Source: Camelus dromedarius (Eukaryota). From it: a stretch of 64,000 nt of DNA. This document shows positions 26,054 through 37,639 of this stretch, one piece after another (the first letter of the stretch is position 1; each line of letters begins with the position of its first letter). The stretch lies in the NCBI RefSeq assembly GCF_036321535.1, contig NC_087437.1, positions 69,318,001 to 69,382,000 on the forward strand, in the 5' to 3' direction. Both the position numbers and the translations under genes were made by a program. Under the pieces are notes generated by a model. It was not told where the DNA came from, made no database searches, and saw only the letters and a list, made by a program, of their open reading frames with translations.

Positions 26054-29000
26054 CAGCTAAGACCAAATTGCCAAGGAGAAAGGTGTTTTGCCAAATTCCA
26101 ACCTCAGCAATTGGTGAAGAGCCCCCTCCAATCTGAAGAAGCATTGGAGTAAATTTCCTATCAGAAATTCTCTCCAAGGCGACAGAAAGGGGAGGTCTGA
26201 GAGACTGGACAACACCCAGTGCAAAAGTGAATATTCTTGGCAAAATTATGAGTTTTTATCTAGAGAGGTTTGTAGAAAAATACATTATGGGGTGATTTTG
26301 GGATTCTGAGAAATTTCTTGGGAAACAGTGCCAACTGTTAAGAGTTTCTTCCAAAAAGATTGAAACTAACAAAATCGGCCACTAAACAAATTGCAGTTAA
26401 AGATGTGTATAAAGCCACTGGTTGGCTTTTTTCTAGCCCTGATGAAGTTATGGCACTTGCTTAAAGCTTAAGTCCCAGCAGGATTATGCTATGGCATTGC
26501 TGAACAGAGATGTCAGGAGGAGAACTGGGTTTGTTTACCTGGAAGAGGCAGAGATGGAGGTAACAGTCATTTTTACCATGGCATGTTGGGCTTCCTTCTC
26601 TTATTAATCTTTTTCTCTGTTTTTAATAGTCTATTTCCTTCTCATTCTTGCTCTGGCCACTCTAAGTCATTGTCCTTCTCTGATAAGCAAGTAGGCAGTG
26701 GTGAGTAAAATTCTGTATAAATCTATTTGTTGCATGAATGAGTAGAAGACTTTTTGAATCCAGCTGTAAATAATGGACAGACTGCTGGTTATAAAATGGA
26801 TACAGGAACTTTTATCATCAACAGATACTTCTTTACCTCCTTCTCAATGTTGAAGGATTGGAGATTCTAAGAAATGTATCATGGCCTCAGTTTTTAGGGA
26901 ATATCCCATGTATTTTCAGGATATATTGAAAGAGAAACCACTCTGTACACGTTATCATATTAAATGTCCCCCATGAAGGACAGGCACAGGCAGAGCTGCT
27001 GGACTTCAGAAGGTGGAGGATCATCTTGGAACTCTAGGGAGAGGAAGTAGTGGGAGGAAGCACATGGCATTTCAGTTGGGAAGAACTTGATGGTCTGAAA
27101 ATAAATCTGCACTTCATAAAATGTTATGAGGATTAGAGAATGAGAATGATCTCGTCAGGCCTATTTGAGAAAGGAGAGTTATCATCCTGACTCACACAGC
27201 AGCTTGAATCATGCCATTCCACTCTGTTTCTCTGGCATTGTCCTCCACTCTTAAATTTCTAACTTTGTTAATTTTTTTTTCTTGCTACTTAAAACTTCTG
27301 AGTTCCCAGAAGCACAACAGCTGTGGGTGTCCAATGTAGAACAAAAAGAGAGAGAGAGAAACTTCCATATTGCAAAAAGAACCTACATAGGCCCTCCTGA
27401 AGACTAGCTTCAGTTTGTGAACAAACAAGAGAGAATGTTTATTACATTTAGCATTATCTAGGGCTGTCTTTCCCCCTTGCCTTCGCAGTCTTATCTTGGG
27501 TTTCTGTGAATTGTCATCTGCAAAGATATGTGGAAGATAAAAGACAAATAATAGTAAGAAAAACATGCTGTATGTATCACATGCATACAATGTTCTAGAA
27601 AAATCTGTGTCTCCAGGGAGTTTAGCTGATGTTTACAATCATTGCAGAAACTCCTTGTTTGGGGATTGGATGCCACTGATGGAAAATGCTACTTCCTATT
27701 TTCTATATTTCCATGGATGACCTCTGATTACTGCAAATTACATTATGTGGCCAGTCGGTATGTGCAGATGGTGAATTGTTTTATTTCTGTGTTTATTCGA
27801 TTTGCAAAATGTATCCATTTCTTAGACCCCTGTGCAATAGTAGTGTATCAGATCCCTAGGTCTCCCTTTAGGAAAAAAGAGGAGGGAAATCTGGAACTGC
27901 TCTGGGACTGCTGGCTTAGTTCAAGATCATATAGATCAAAGAACTCTAGAAAGAAAAAGACTTATTCAATGGTTAGGGCCCTTTTTTAATATGGTCAAGT
28001 ATTAAAAAATTCTCCAATTCACTTGATTTATCCCCTAATTCTTAATGATGGGTGTCATAGAATCAGCCTTCCTGGAGGCTGTTGCAAAGCTGTAGAAAAA
28101 AAAAATCCATTAAGGTTGACTTTATGGTCATGTGTGGGGCCAGCTAAAACCTATTTATAGAAATGGTAGCACTGAATGCCTGTTAAGTAGGCACTTACTG
28201 TAGTCAAGTTTTCCTTGAACTGTTCACATCTAGAATGCTAAAATATTTACTTCTCAAAGAAAAATCCAAGTTATTTATTAAAAATGTTTAGCTACTTAGA
28301 ATCACAGGGACTTGTGATTATAGTGCCTCTAGAGATTTTTCAAATGAACCACCTACCACCCCTACAGTGTGCCTTCCAATTTTTCCCCACAATGGAGGGA
28401 AGCAGCATGGGGAAAAATGCAACAATGGTGAAATTCTCTAGTGCTTCCCAAGGCTGGATAAAAGTCTCTGTCTTGTAGGCCACCAGCTACCTAAATCCAC
28501 TTCCGTTCTGGCTAACTTTAAGTGGATGAGCTGAAAAGTCTCGTTTTATCTGTATTGATTTCATGAGGTTTTCTTCTTGGTGTGAAATTACTGAGCTCTT
28601 TCTCTAGAACATCTGAATTGCCCCCAAAGGTGGCAGAACATTCTACCAACTGCCCTGCCCTCCTAAGTGTGTACCATCAGTGTGGCCCTCATATTTGCCT
28701 CTTTGTGCTTGGAGACTGTGTGTGCATTTGTAGACACTTGGCACAGGATTGGCTGTGTATACAGAGGCCCCCAAAGCCCCCATGTGTTTAAGAACAATGA
28801 ATGTTAATGTCACTAGCCAGCAGGGAGAGGAGCAGAGCAGAGACGCTCCTAACGAGAGCTGACACAAGGAAAAATACTGGCTTTTTGTCTCTCTTGTATG
28901 TTAAACAATTCATGAGGTTTGGGGTTGACTGAGACATTTAATAAACATTGGCCGCTTGGGCTGCCTACAGCTGGTGATTTGTCACTATTGGTCAAATGTA

Positions 29001-30009
29001 TGAGATGCAGAATGAGTTTTTCAGCTTTGAGGACTTCAGGCTTAACAAATAATGCTGTTTACCATCCATCCATTAAAATTTAAAGGTACAACATGATTTA
29101 AGTAATAAGCTCTGAATTTTGGTTCAAAAAAAAAATAAGGCTTCCACAAGATGAAATTAAGGTATTTACAAATTGAAATCTTTCATAGAATCTTAGCCCT
29201 GGAATTGTTCTTAAATGTTGTTTGGCCTAAGCTCTGACGCCTTACAGGAATCCCTCCTGAGGAATGGGTCAGCTATCTATTCTTGCTTGAACATTTTGCC
29301 CGACTTACTCAGTTTCTTTAAAGGAGCTGCACTCTGCAGCCTTGAAATAAAAGGAATGACCCACCAGACTTGAACTATCTCATCTCACCTGCCTGTGTCT
29401 GTATCTGTGACCCCTCCTTTGCTAATGGAGTCATCTGAATTCTGTGTGATTGCCTTTACGGGTAAAGCACCTGCTGGGTGGCTTTGGCCCCCATGACACC
29501 ACAACTGTTAGAAAGGTTTTCATGATATTCTGGTGTTTGCTGCCTCCTTCTCATCTCTACCTTTTGTACTATCCATGCCTTCCTCAAAAAATTAAAACTA
29601 TACTTTGTGGCTGAATTGGTAATTTTAGAGTCTAGAATTTATAAAATTTGAATGAGGATTTCATCAAAGAAATTATAAGTCAAATTGATGCTCAAGTCAG
29701 AAGTTTCTAACCTTAAATGAACAATAATTTTTTCCAATAGTTTATTGTTTCAGCTGACCCATGTAAATGGCAGGGGCATATTTTGTAAAAATGGAAACTG
29801 TTGCTCAGGACCATGTGTTTTCGAAAGGGAGTAATGTGTCTTAGCAAGGAGGCATCTACATATGGCAACAAGATGGAGGTGGGCACGGGGACAACAAACT
29901 TGTCCCTTGAAGGAATCCTACCAAAAGAATGAGCTGGTCATGCATTCTCTGCTTGAATATGTTTGTCCCACCTCTAACATAGAAGTAGGCACACTGACAG
30001 CAATGAGCT

Positions 30010-30102
30010 TCCTTTTCCCTTTCTTTGCTTTTCTGGCTCTCTTTGCTTTTCCTTTTTCTTTCTTTTTTCTTTTTTTCTATCTTTGTTTCTTTTTCTTTTT
30101 TT
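30010..30102. repeat. pyrimidine-rich (T/C) low-complexity tract
   Basis: TTCCTTTTCCCTTTCTTTGCTTTTCTGG...TTTTCTTTTTTT. Confidence 0.7.
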
Positions 30103-30604
30103 CATCCAAAGGATGAGGTAGGAAATGGATGCTCCAGTGTTGATAACAATTTACGTTTAATCTCTAACAGATATGGTTCTTTCTTAGATGTTTTCTTGGG
30201 GAGGATGAATTGAAAATGAATGGAAGTCAGAGTGAAGGAGCCAACTCTTTAGTAAGGGAAGCATAACCAAATGCATAGTCAGTAGTAGACTGCACTCTTT
30301 TAGAGTCAGAAGAATGTTCCTGACAGTACTGGTACTCTGCAATTGACATCATGTCTCAGGCAGCAAAGTAGATGTTCCCTCATTTGAAACAAGTATTCAT
30401 TGCAAAATAACAAAACCATGATATCTCTGTTTAAGTTTGGGAAGGAAATACAGCATGGATTTCATTGCCAAGCACACTATTATTCATGCTATTGATTTCG
30501 ATTCTATGTGGCACAGAATGACACAGGTCATTCTGGGGCAATAAAAGGCATAGGACTTGGAAGAAGAACATCTCTGGTTTTTTTTGTTTGTTTGTTTTTT
30601 GTTT

Positions 30605-30770
30605 TTCTAGGCTCTGCTACCAAATAGCTAAGTGATCTGGGGCAAGTCAATTATTCCTCTGGATCCCAGCCTACTTGTTTATAATATGAGGTTCATAATA
30701 ATTCTCATCTTATGGCTCATAGGAGACTTCAATAAGATAATGCACTTAAGTATTGTTTGTAAATTATAAA
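30605..30770 (+). mobile_element. MIR SINE
   Basis: GGCTCTGCTACCAAATAGCTAAGTGATCTGGGGCAAGTCAATTATTCCTCTGG...AATAAGATAATGCACTTAAG. Confidence 0.7.
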
Positions 30771-30924
30771 TAATCATTTTATTGGCAGAGGTTATTGAAA
30801 GTATGATACTGTCATTGGTAAAACTATAGTAATACTACTAAATTTATGCTACGGAGTAGTATACTGGTTGATAATTTTGACTAAGCATGATCTAAAGGGG
30901 CTTTGTGTGTACATCAAATTCTAA

Positions 30925-31015
30925 TCTATGAGCTTCTTTCTAGAGATAGGACATTGGTCTGCTTCATCATTGTATCTTCAGAACCTCACACATTACCTGG
31001 CACAGAGTTTGGTAA
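30925..31015 (+). mobile_element. L2 3'-end fragment
   Basis: TCATCATTGTATCTTCAGAACCTCACACATTACCTGGCACAGAG. Confidence 0.5.
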
Positions 31016-32347
31016 CTGTCACTAACCAAGTAGTTAAGAGTATCACTTTTAAAGAATATGCCTTTGAGAATATATCCTTAAGGTCAGCATTCTTTTTGTT
31101 TATTCTTCTGTGATTTCTCTTCTATACTATGTGGACTCAAACTCACCATGTTCTGTAGGTCTCTAGGTGCACACGTGCTATGTCATTATACTCTGAGGGT
31201 AGAATAAGTAAATCACATTAAACTCTCTCAGATGGATCAATTTGGCCTGACAAAAAAATTCCTGTTGGCTGGTTTGTGTTGTCACCTTAGGTTTAACTAC
31301 ATAATTCACCTTTACTTTAAGTAGTCAAAGACTAGGTACAGAGATTAGTTACTAAAGTCTCTTCTTTCTGGAGTCCATACTTGGTTCCAGGCCAAAATTC
31401 AGTTTGATATTTCTTCCTGGTTTCTATCCATAGAAACACTTTTCGCCTGAGTACAGCCATAAGCTTACCCTAGTCCCTGAACTTCTTCCTTTTCAAAATG
31501 TTATGGTATACTTTGTTGCCACAATTTCTCCAAAAACATCTCCAAATATCCCACACTTTTGTTTCTCTGTGTCATATTTATAGGATTTTTATTCTTAAAC
31601 CATCAAAATATCACGTTAACTTTCTTAAATACTTATTCCAGTTATATATTAGTGCCTTAGAGGATGACACTGATGCCATATAACAATTTGCTGTATTCAC
31701 AAACTAAGAGACTGTGTAGCAGATACATATTGAAAAAGATCTGGAAAGTCTGGAGTGTATATAGAAAGGTTCTGGTCTGGGAGAGTAATGTAATGAGTTT
31801 CCTGTCACTGACTGTGGACAAACAGAAGGCAGCTCAATACAGAGGTAGGGAAATTGCAGAAGCAATTTAAATGTTAGATGATGATCACTCCCAGACTTAC
31901 AGTTCTCTCATCTTTCATGTCATTTTGTTGATATCAGACTTCTGTGACTTCACTTCTATGTCTCACTGAAAATGGTACGTGAGCCCTGCATGAATTGTTA
32001 ACACCACACCATTCTATAGAATTTTGCCAGCTTGTTTTCTAATTACATATCCATTCCCTGACCATTTCTTTATTCATAAGAAAAATGACCACAATCACAA
32101 AAAAAATTGAGAATAGAAAAGTTGATATGAGGCTTGTTGGTTTCAAAATGTTCTGAAATGATCATCGCCCCCATCCCTACTCTATCTCCCTTCTGCCCTT
32201 TCATCATCACTACCAGGACATTTGTAAAGTAAGAGAGAATCTTTCATTCCTGTGGCTCTTTTAGTGTTTCTAGGACTGCCCTCCCATTCAACATTTTTAA
32301 TGTTTACTCATTGCCTCTTCCTTCCCCCGCCCTGCCATTTGTATCAC

Positions 32348-32626
32348 TTTTCTTTTATTAAAGTATAGTTGATTTATAATTTTATATTAGTTTTGGGTAT
32401 ACAAGATAGTGATTCAACATTTTCATAGATTATACTCCATTTAAAGTTATTATAAAATACTGTCTATATGCCTTGTGCTGTACAACATACCCTTGTATCT
32501 TATTTATTTTATACACAGTAGTTTGTACCTCATAATCCCCTGCCCTTATCTTGTCCCTCCCCCGATCCCTTTCCCCAGTGGTAACCACTAGTTTGTTCTC
32601 TGTATCTGAAAGTCTGGTTCTGTTTC
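32348..32626 (-). mobile_element. 5'-truncated L1 3' end
   Basis: TTTTATTAAAGTATAGTTGATTTATAAT...GTAACCACTAGTTTGTTCTCTGTATCTG. Confidence 0.85.
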
Positions 32627-33697
32627 ACATGCATCACTTTGGATGTGACATAGGGGGCCCACATCCCCTCCCCACTTCTGCCCCGAGGTGCTTATGGAGC
32701 TCAGAGAATGATGTGCAGTTGGGTTGTTTATCACCATGCTGAAAAAGGGAAGGATGGCATCGCTACAGGAGCAGATGGCACTGCACGCTTGGCATAATTT
32801 CCTCAGACAAACTAGGACTAGTGCTGTGAACACTGGCATTTGCCTGCTGTAGTCATCCACATCAAAACATAACAATGAAAATAAGGTACTTTTCTGGAAA
32901 AGGTATTGAGATTTTAAATTATGTGCATTTGAGTGCCATAGGCTCCTGTGTGTTCATATGACACAGCTGAACTTCTGACATTCTTTATTAAGCAAAATTC
33001 TGTATATGACTGAGCTTTTTTCTATTTACCGTCCTATGTATTTCCATAAATGTTCTTGGGTAGTGATGTATCAGAAAATTGCATTTAAGCATGTAGAGTA
33101 TGTTTGAGACAAATAGAAATTTTTAAAAATGATGGCAGAAAGAATACAAATGTGTTTTAAATTCTGCGAACTAACAAATGTCTGAAAGAAAAATATGAAG
33201 TGGTAAAGGGATCATTAATCTTTGTTTTAGAAAACTCAAATTAAGGTGATACTACTTATTAACTGGGTGATTTTAAATAGCTCAAACCTATTTGACTTAC
33301 AGTTTTTCTCATTGGGAAAGTGGGGAGTTTGGACTGGGTGATTACTAAGATTTTTTTTCCTCTTTCTAATTTTCTTTGATTTGCTATTTCTATGCAAACT
33401 AATGAAACAATAATGTAGGCCACCTACCTACCTCTTGGCCTTAGTGTGTGCTTTTAAAATTATTTATTTATTTAGTTGTTTAGTTTAAAGAACAATAAAA
33501 GGAAAAGAGAGAACACAATGAAAATGGCCTCAAGACTCAGTTTGTATTTTATATCTGAAATACATTCAACTTTTCATCCTTTTCTTCCTCTCTCTTCCCA
33601 TAGAATCAAACCTTCTGTGCCTCAATTTTGATTTCCTTTGAGAGAATAGACAACTCCCAAGAAAATGGCTATAGTTTCTCACGTGTTTGAAGAAACA

Positions 33698-35100
33698 AAT
33701 TCATGTATTCATTTATTCAACAAACCCTATTGGAGGCAGGTGCTGGGCTGTAGGGATACAGTGATGGTTAAGATAGTTCCCTGCCCTACAGTAATCGGCA
33801 GTCCAGCAAGAGGCATGCTGCGTACATATATATTTGAAGCATGATGTAGTAAAAGTGCTAAAATAAAACACAGGGCACTAATTTTGCTAAAAAGATATGG
33901 GGAAACTGTCACCAAATTTAGGGTTGGGTGTTAGAGAAATTGCTATAATTTCTCCAACGAAGAAGGAAAAAATACTGTATGCAAAGGAAACAGTATATAC
34001 TAAGACTAAGGGTCATGAAAAGGTCCAACATGTTTGGAGAAAAATGAGAAATTTTATATGGCCTGAATATAGGCTCTAGATGAAAAAGGTAGGAATTAAA
34101 AGCTAAGAGGAAAATATGGGCCAGATTTTGAAGGCTTTATATTCCTGTCTAAAAAATTTGGATTTTTAGCTTTTAAAAAATAGAGAAACAATAGAGCTTT
34201 TTATGTGCAAAATGAAGTATCATGATCAGATCACTTGTTTTGTAATAGTTATGATGCTGATAGTAATTTAGAAGATGTTTTACCTGAAGAGAGACTGGCA
34301 TCTCAGACCACCTGAAGTAGCCCGGGAGAAAAATGCTAAGAATCTGAATGAAAAGGGGAAGAATATTTCTGGGGTGGGATCAAGAAAATTTGATTCCTGA
34401 TTGTATATCTAATGGAATCAGGAGGTCATTGCTTACTAATTCATGTATTAAATATTTATTGAATGCCTATAATGTGTCAGCAATAAATCAGACTGAATCC
34501 TTGTTTTCTACGAGCTTTTTTCTAAGGGGGAGGGGATAGACAATATATGAACAAACGAATGATATCCTGTGATGGTGTTGCTTTGGAGATCATTAACATG
34601 CGATGCTGTGTCAGAGCAACAGGGCAGCTGTTTTCAGTTGATGGATTAGGAAATTCTCATTGAAGCAAAGAGGAGAATTACAGGAAAGATTCAGACACAT
34701 AGAGATTAGGAAGAATAATATTCCAGACACAGGGATGGACATCTATTTTTGAATTTCAATAGATGAGAATAAAGGAAACAATTTTTGGAAGGGATAATGA
34801 CTTCATGGAGGACATGTCAGGGGTGAAAACGTGGATTTGTCTGGTAGGTAGTTAGAAATACATCTGGTTACATGGTAAGAGATCAGTGGGTACAGGTTGG
34901 GGAATAACCAAATTGTAGAGGAAAACTGACGTAATGATTGTGGTTGAGAAAGAGATAAAGGAGACAATTTCAAAGAAGGAACCTAACTGATATAAACAAT
35001 TGCCAGAAGAGTTGAGAGGATAGGACCTATGGACCAGGGTAATGTAGGACTCCAGGGAGAAGGGACCAGAGTTCTCCTCTTGCGACAGGAATTAAGTAGA
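33698..35100 (-). mobile_element. cluster of decayed L2 fragments (at least two 3' ends)
   Basis: ATTCATTTATTCAACAAA...GTGCTGGGCTGTAGGGATACAGTGATG near 33707, and ATTCATGTATTAAATATTTATTGAATGCCTATAATGTG near 34439, followed by purine-rich L2-like body. Confidence 0.6.
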
Positions 35101-35635
35101 GATGAATAAACCTGTAAATGTTAAAACAAATAAGGGAAACTGAGGCATATCTCATCTAGAGGAATTTATTTTTAAAGTGTTTGGAATGTGGATTTTAAAG
35201 TAGAGTGGTAAAAATTTAGTAACTCAACCGTAAGGAGTTCGTGCACAAGAGAACCCATGGGGGACAAACTGAAAAAAATTGCCAAGCAACATAGACCGTT
35301 CCACTGAAATTAGACTACTTGATTCTGCTTTTTCTGTCATTAACCATATTAATAATATAGAAATACAAATTTCACAATTGAGTCTTCAGATAATTTATGA
35401 TAGACTGTTTGACATTTGAGTAAAAAGTACTTGCCAGAAATTTTATTTCCATCTACTCCTCCATATCTGCTTATCACATCCCTGTACACATTTAGTTTGG
35501 TAGCAGCATATGATTTGTGAAATAAGTGGAGGTTACAGCTGCACGGATACCCTATCTTTTCCTAGCCCTGACTTTCCCCAAATTGTATGATGTCCTAAGC
35601 TAGAGCTGGTGTATTGAATTCAGCAGATTCAGACT

Positions 35636-36136
35636 TGCTGAATGAGGAGACACAAGATACCTGCACAGGGGCAGCAGGGAGTTCCATCAGTATCCAAGCT
35701 CCCACTTTTGGGCAGTGAAACCCACAGGGTGGTTTTGATTAAAGACACAGTTTCAATACTGTACACCACAGAAAGGAAGTAGATTTGTAATTACAGATCC
35801 CAAAAGCAAGGGGGCACAATGAGTCTGGGGAAAGGCAGTCCTCCATCCTAGGTCACAAGAGAGCAGGAGGTAGAGAGAATGGTAGCAAGAACCTATTGCT
35901 TATAAGGTGAATGAGACAGAGGTCACTAACTTTTTGCAAGCTTTAACTCTAAGTGGTTAGTTTTAAAAGTGCCCCAGGAAAAGTTAAGCAGGGACTTACG
36001 GCAGGCATCCTAAACTCAAGTCCTTATCTATGTCCGGGCTCCAGGTGAGAGCAGGGTTATCATACTGTAACATACCTAGGCAGCAACTCAGAAGAACAGA
36101 AGTTATTTTTCTCAAAAGTTGTTTTTTTTCATTACA
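35636..36136 (-). repeat. 3' LTR of the class III ERV
   Basis: Plus strand TGCTGAATGAGGAGA...CAAAAGTTGTTTTTTTTCATTACA; homologous to 42032-42523; preceded on the minus strand by PPT-like CATGGGGTCAAT. Confidence 0.88.
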
Positions 36137-36239
36137 ATTGACCCCATGATGCCTAGGCATTAATCTTTAGGGAAAATCATAGGCACTGTCTGGATAGTGG
36201 AGATATTAAAAACCACTGGCAGGGTTTTGGTCACCCAGT

Positions 36240-37450
36240 GCATGAAACATTTAAACAAAGCAAAAATGCCAAATAATATGAGTAGGCAAACAACAGTTTG
36301 AAATCCTGTTCATTACCATCCCACCATTTGTTGAGGTCCCCTGAAGAAAATAAATAAAAGCCCTCAGGTAAGGTTAAAGTAGGTATTTGATTAAACACTT
36401 GGGTGGGATTATGGAATACTTGTACTTGTTGAGCCATCTTTTGTAAGTGTCTCTAAATATGTGCAGAATTATTAATACACATGCAGCAGGTATACGTCCT
36501 TCCTGGCCCAATAAGTGATCTAGAGCTAAATGGTTATTCAAGACCATCTGTGCAAAAGAATCATGTTGTTGTTGCATTAAGGCTAGGGTTTGGTCTAACA
36601 GCTCGGTGAGGTGCCTGTTCAGTGATTTGTAAGGATAGTCCCTGGGAGACTAAAGCACATTGGTATGGACAGATAGCACTCCCCAGGGGCCGGCAAAAAG
36701 GCTAATACATTGGAGGTCGAGGGAAGAAGAAGTGCACGTAAGGAGAGACACATATATGTGACGGGCCTAGGGCACTGGACCCACAGTGGACACCAACTGC
36801 TTGATCAGGGAAGCCAGAATAAATTGTGATTCCTTCCAGATGACTGTGTCACTTGGCCCAAAACTGTGGGGGCTCCTTCTGGGTGCGACATACTGTATTA
36901 AAAAGTATCCTGCATGGGATCAGTTGAGCACCATAGAGAGTGGCCAGGCAAGTCACAGGGACACATGGGGTGCCTTCTGTTGGGCAAATGGGGCAGGGTC
37001 AGTAAGTCAGCTGATTAGGCCACTAACTTAGGAAACAGCCTTTGTTGAGTCCAGTAACATGCCCAGCAATTACAGCAGCCCAAAATGTGAGCTCTGATTT
37101 CTGCCTATTGTATAAAAATATTAAGACTATCAGAGGTCTTGAGTGAGAAGATTGTGGAGCCCTACAGGGTGATGGTGGGGAATGGCACCCTTGGGGCAGT
37201 GGAGGGAGGTAATTTTGCTGCTGTGGTCCTGGAGGGTATAAGGGGTGGGATACTGTGGTAGCAGCATTCACAGCCAAGGAAGGGTCCTCCCAACAGAAAT
37301 TAAGTTCATTAACTCCCGGTAGGACACATGACATAGTCCAGGCTAATGCATGTGAAGGCAAGCAGCTAAGTGAAGTGTTTAAAGGGGCCCCTGTAAGGTT
37401 GTGGGACTCACTGGAAAGTGAGATGATTGACATTTTAAATCTGTAAGAGG
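36240..37450 (-). pseudogene. env: env remnant with gamma-type TM (heptad, immunosuppressive domain, CC motif, hydrophobic anchor); SU start approximate
   Basis: LMQQQHDSFAQMVLNNHLALDHLLGQEG (ISD-like; ORF 36374-36577), then after a frameshift TCCMCINNS, then hydrophobic LLFAYSYYLAFLLCL. Confidence 0.75.
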
Positions 37451-37639
37451 CAAAAAAAATGTACTGGGGAAATATGTAAATGATATTGTCCCACAAGGTG
37501 AAGGTACCAGATTCCCCTGTGATAACAGTCACAGGCTGGACGAGTTTAGTATGAGGAGAGTGGTGACCGCGTGGCTTAGAGTTTAAAGTGGTAAGTGCTC
37601 CTGGCAACAAGGAAGTCCATTTGGGAGTTCACTTATAAC

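Noticed and set aside
37023..37610. 195-aa minus-strand ORF as an intact or domesticated (syncytin-like) env
   Set aside because: Non-ATG start, covers only the pol/env boundary and part of SU, and downstream SU/TM is broken by stops and frameshifts.
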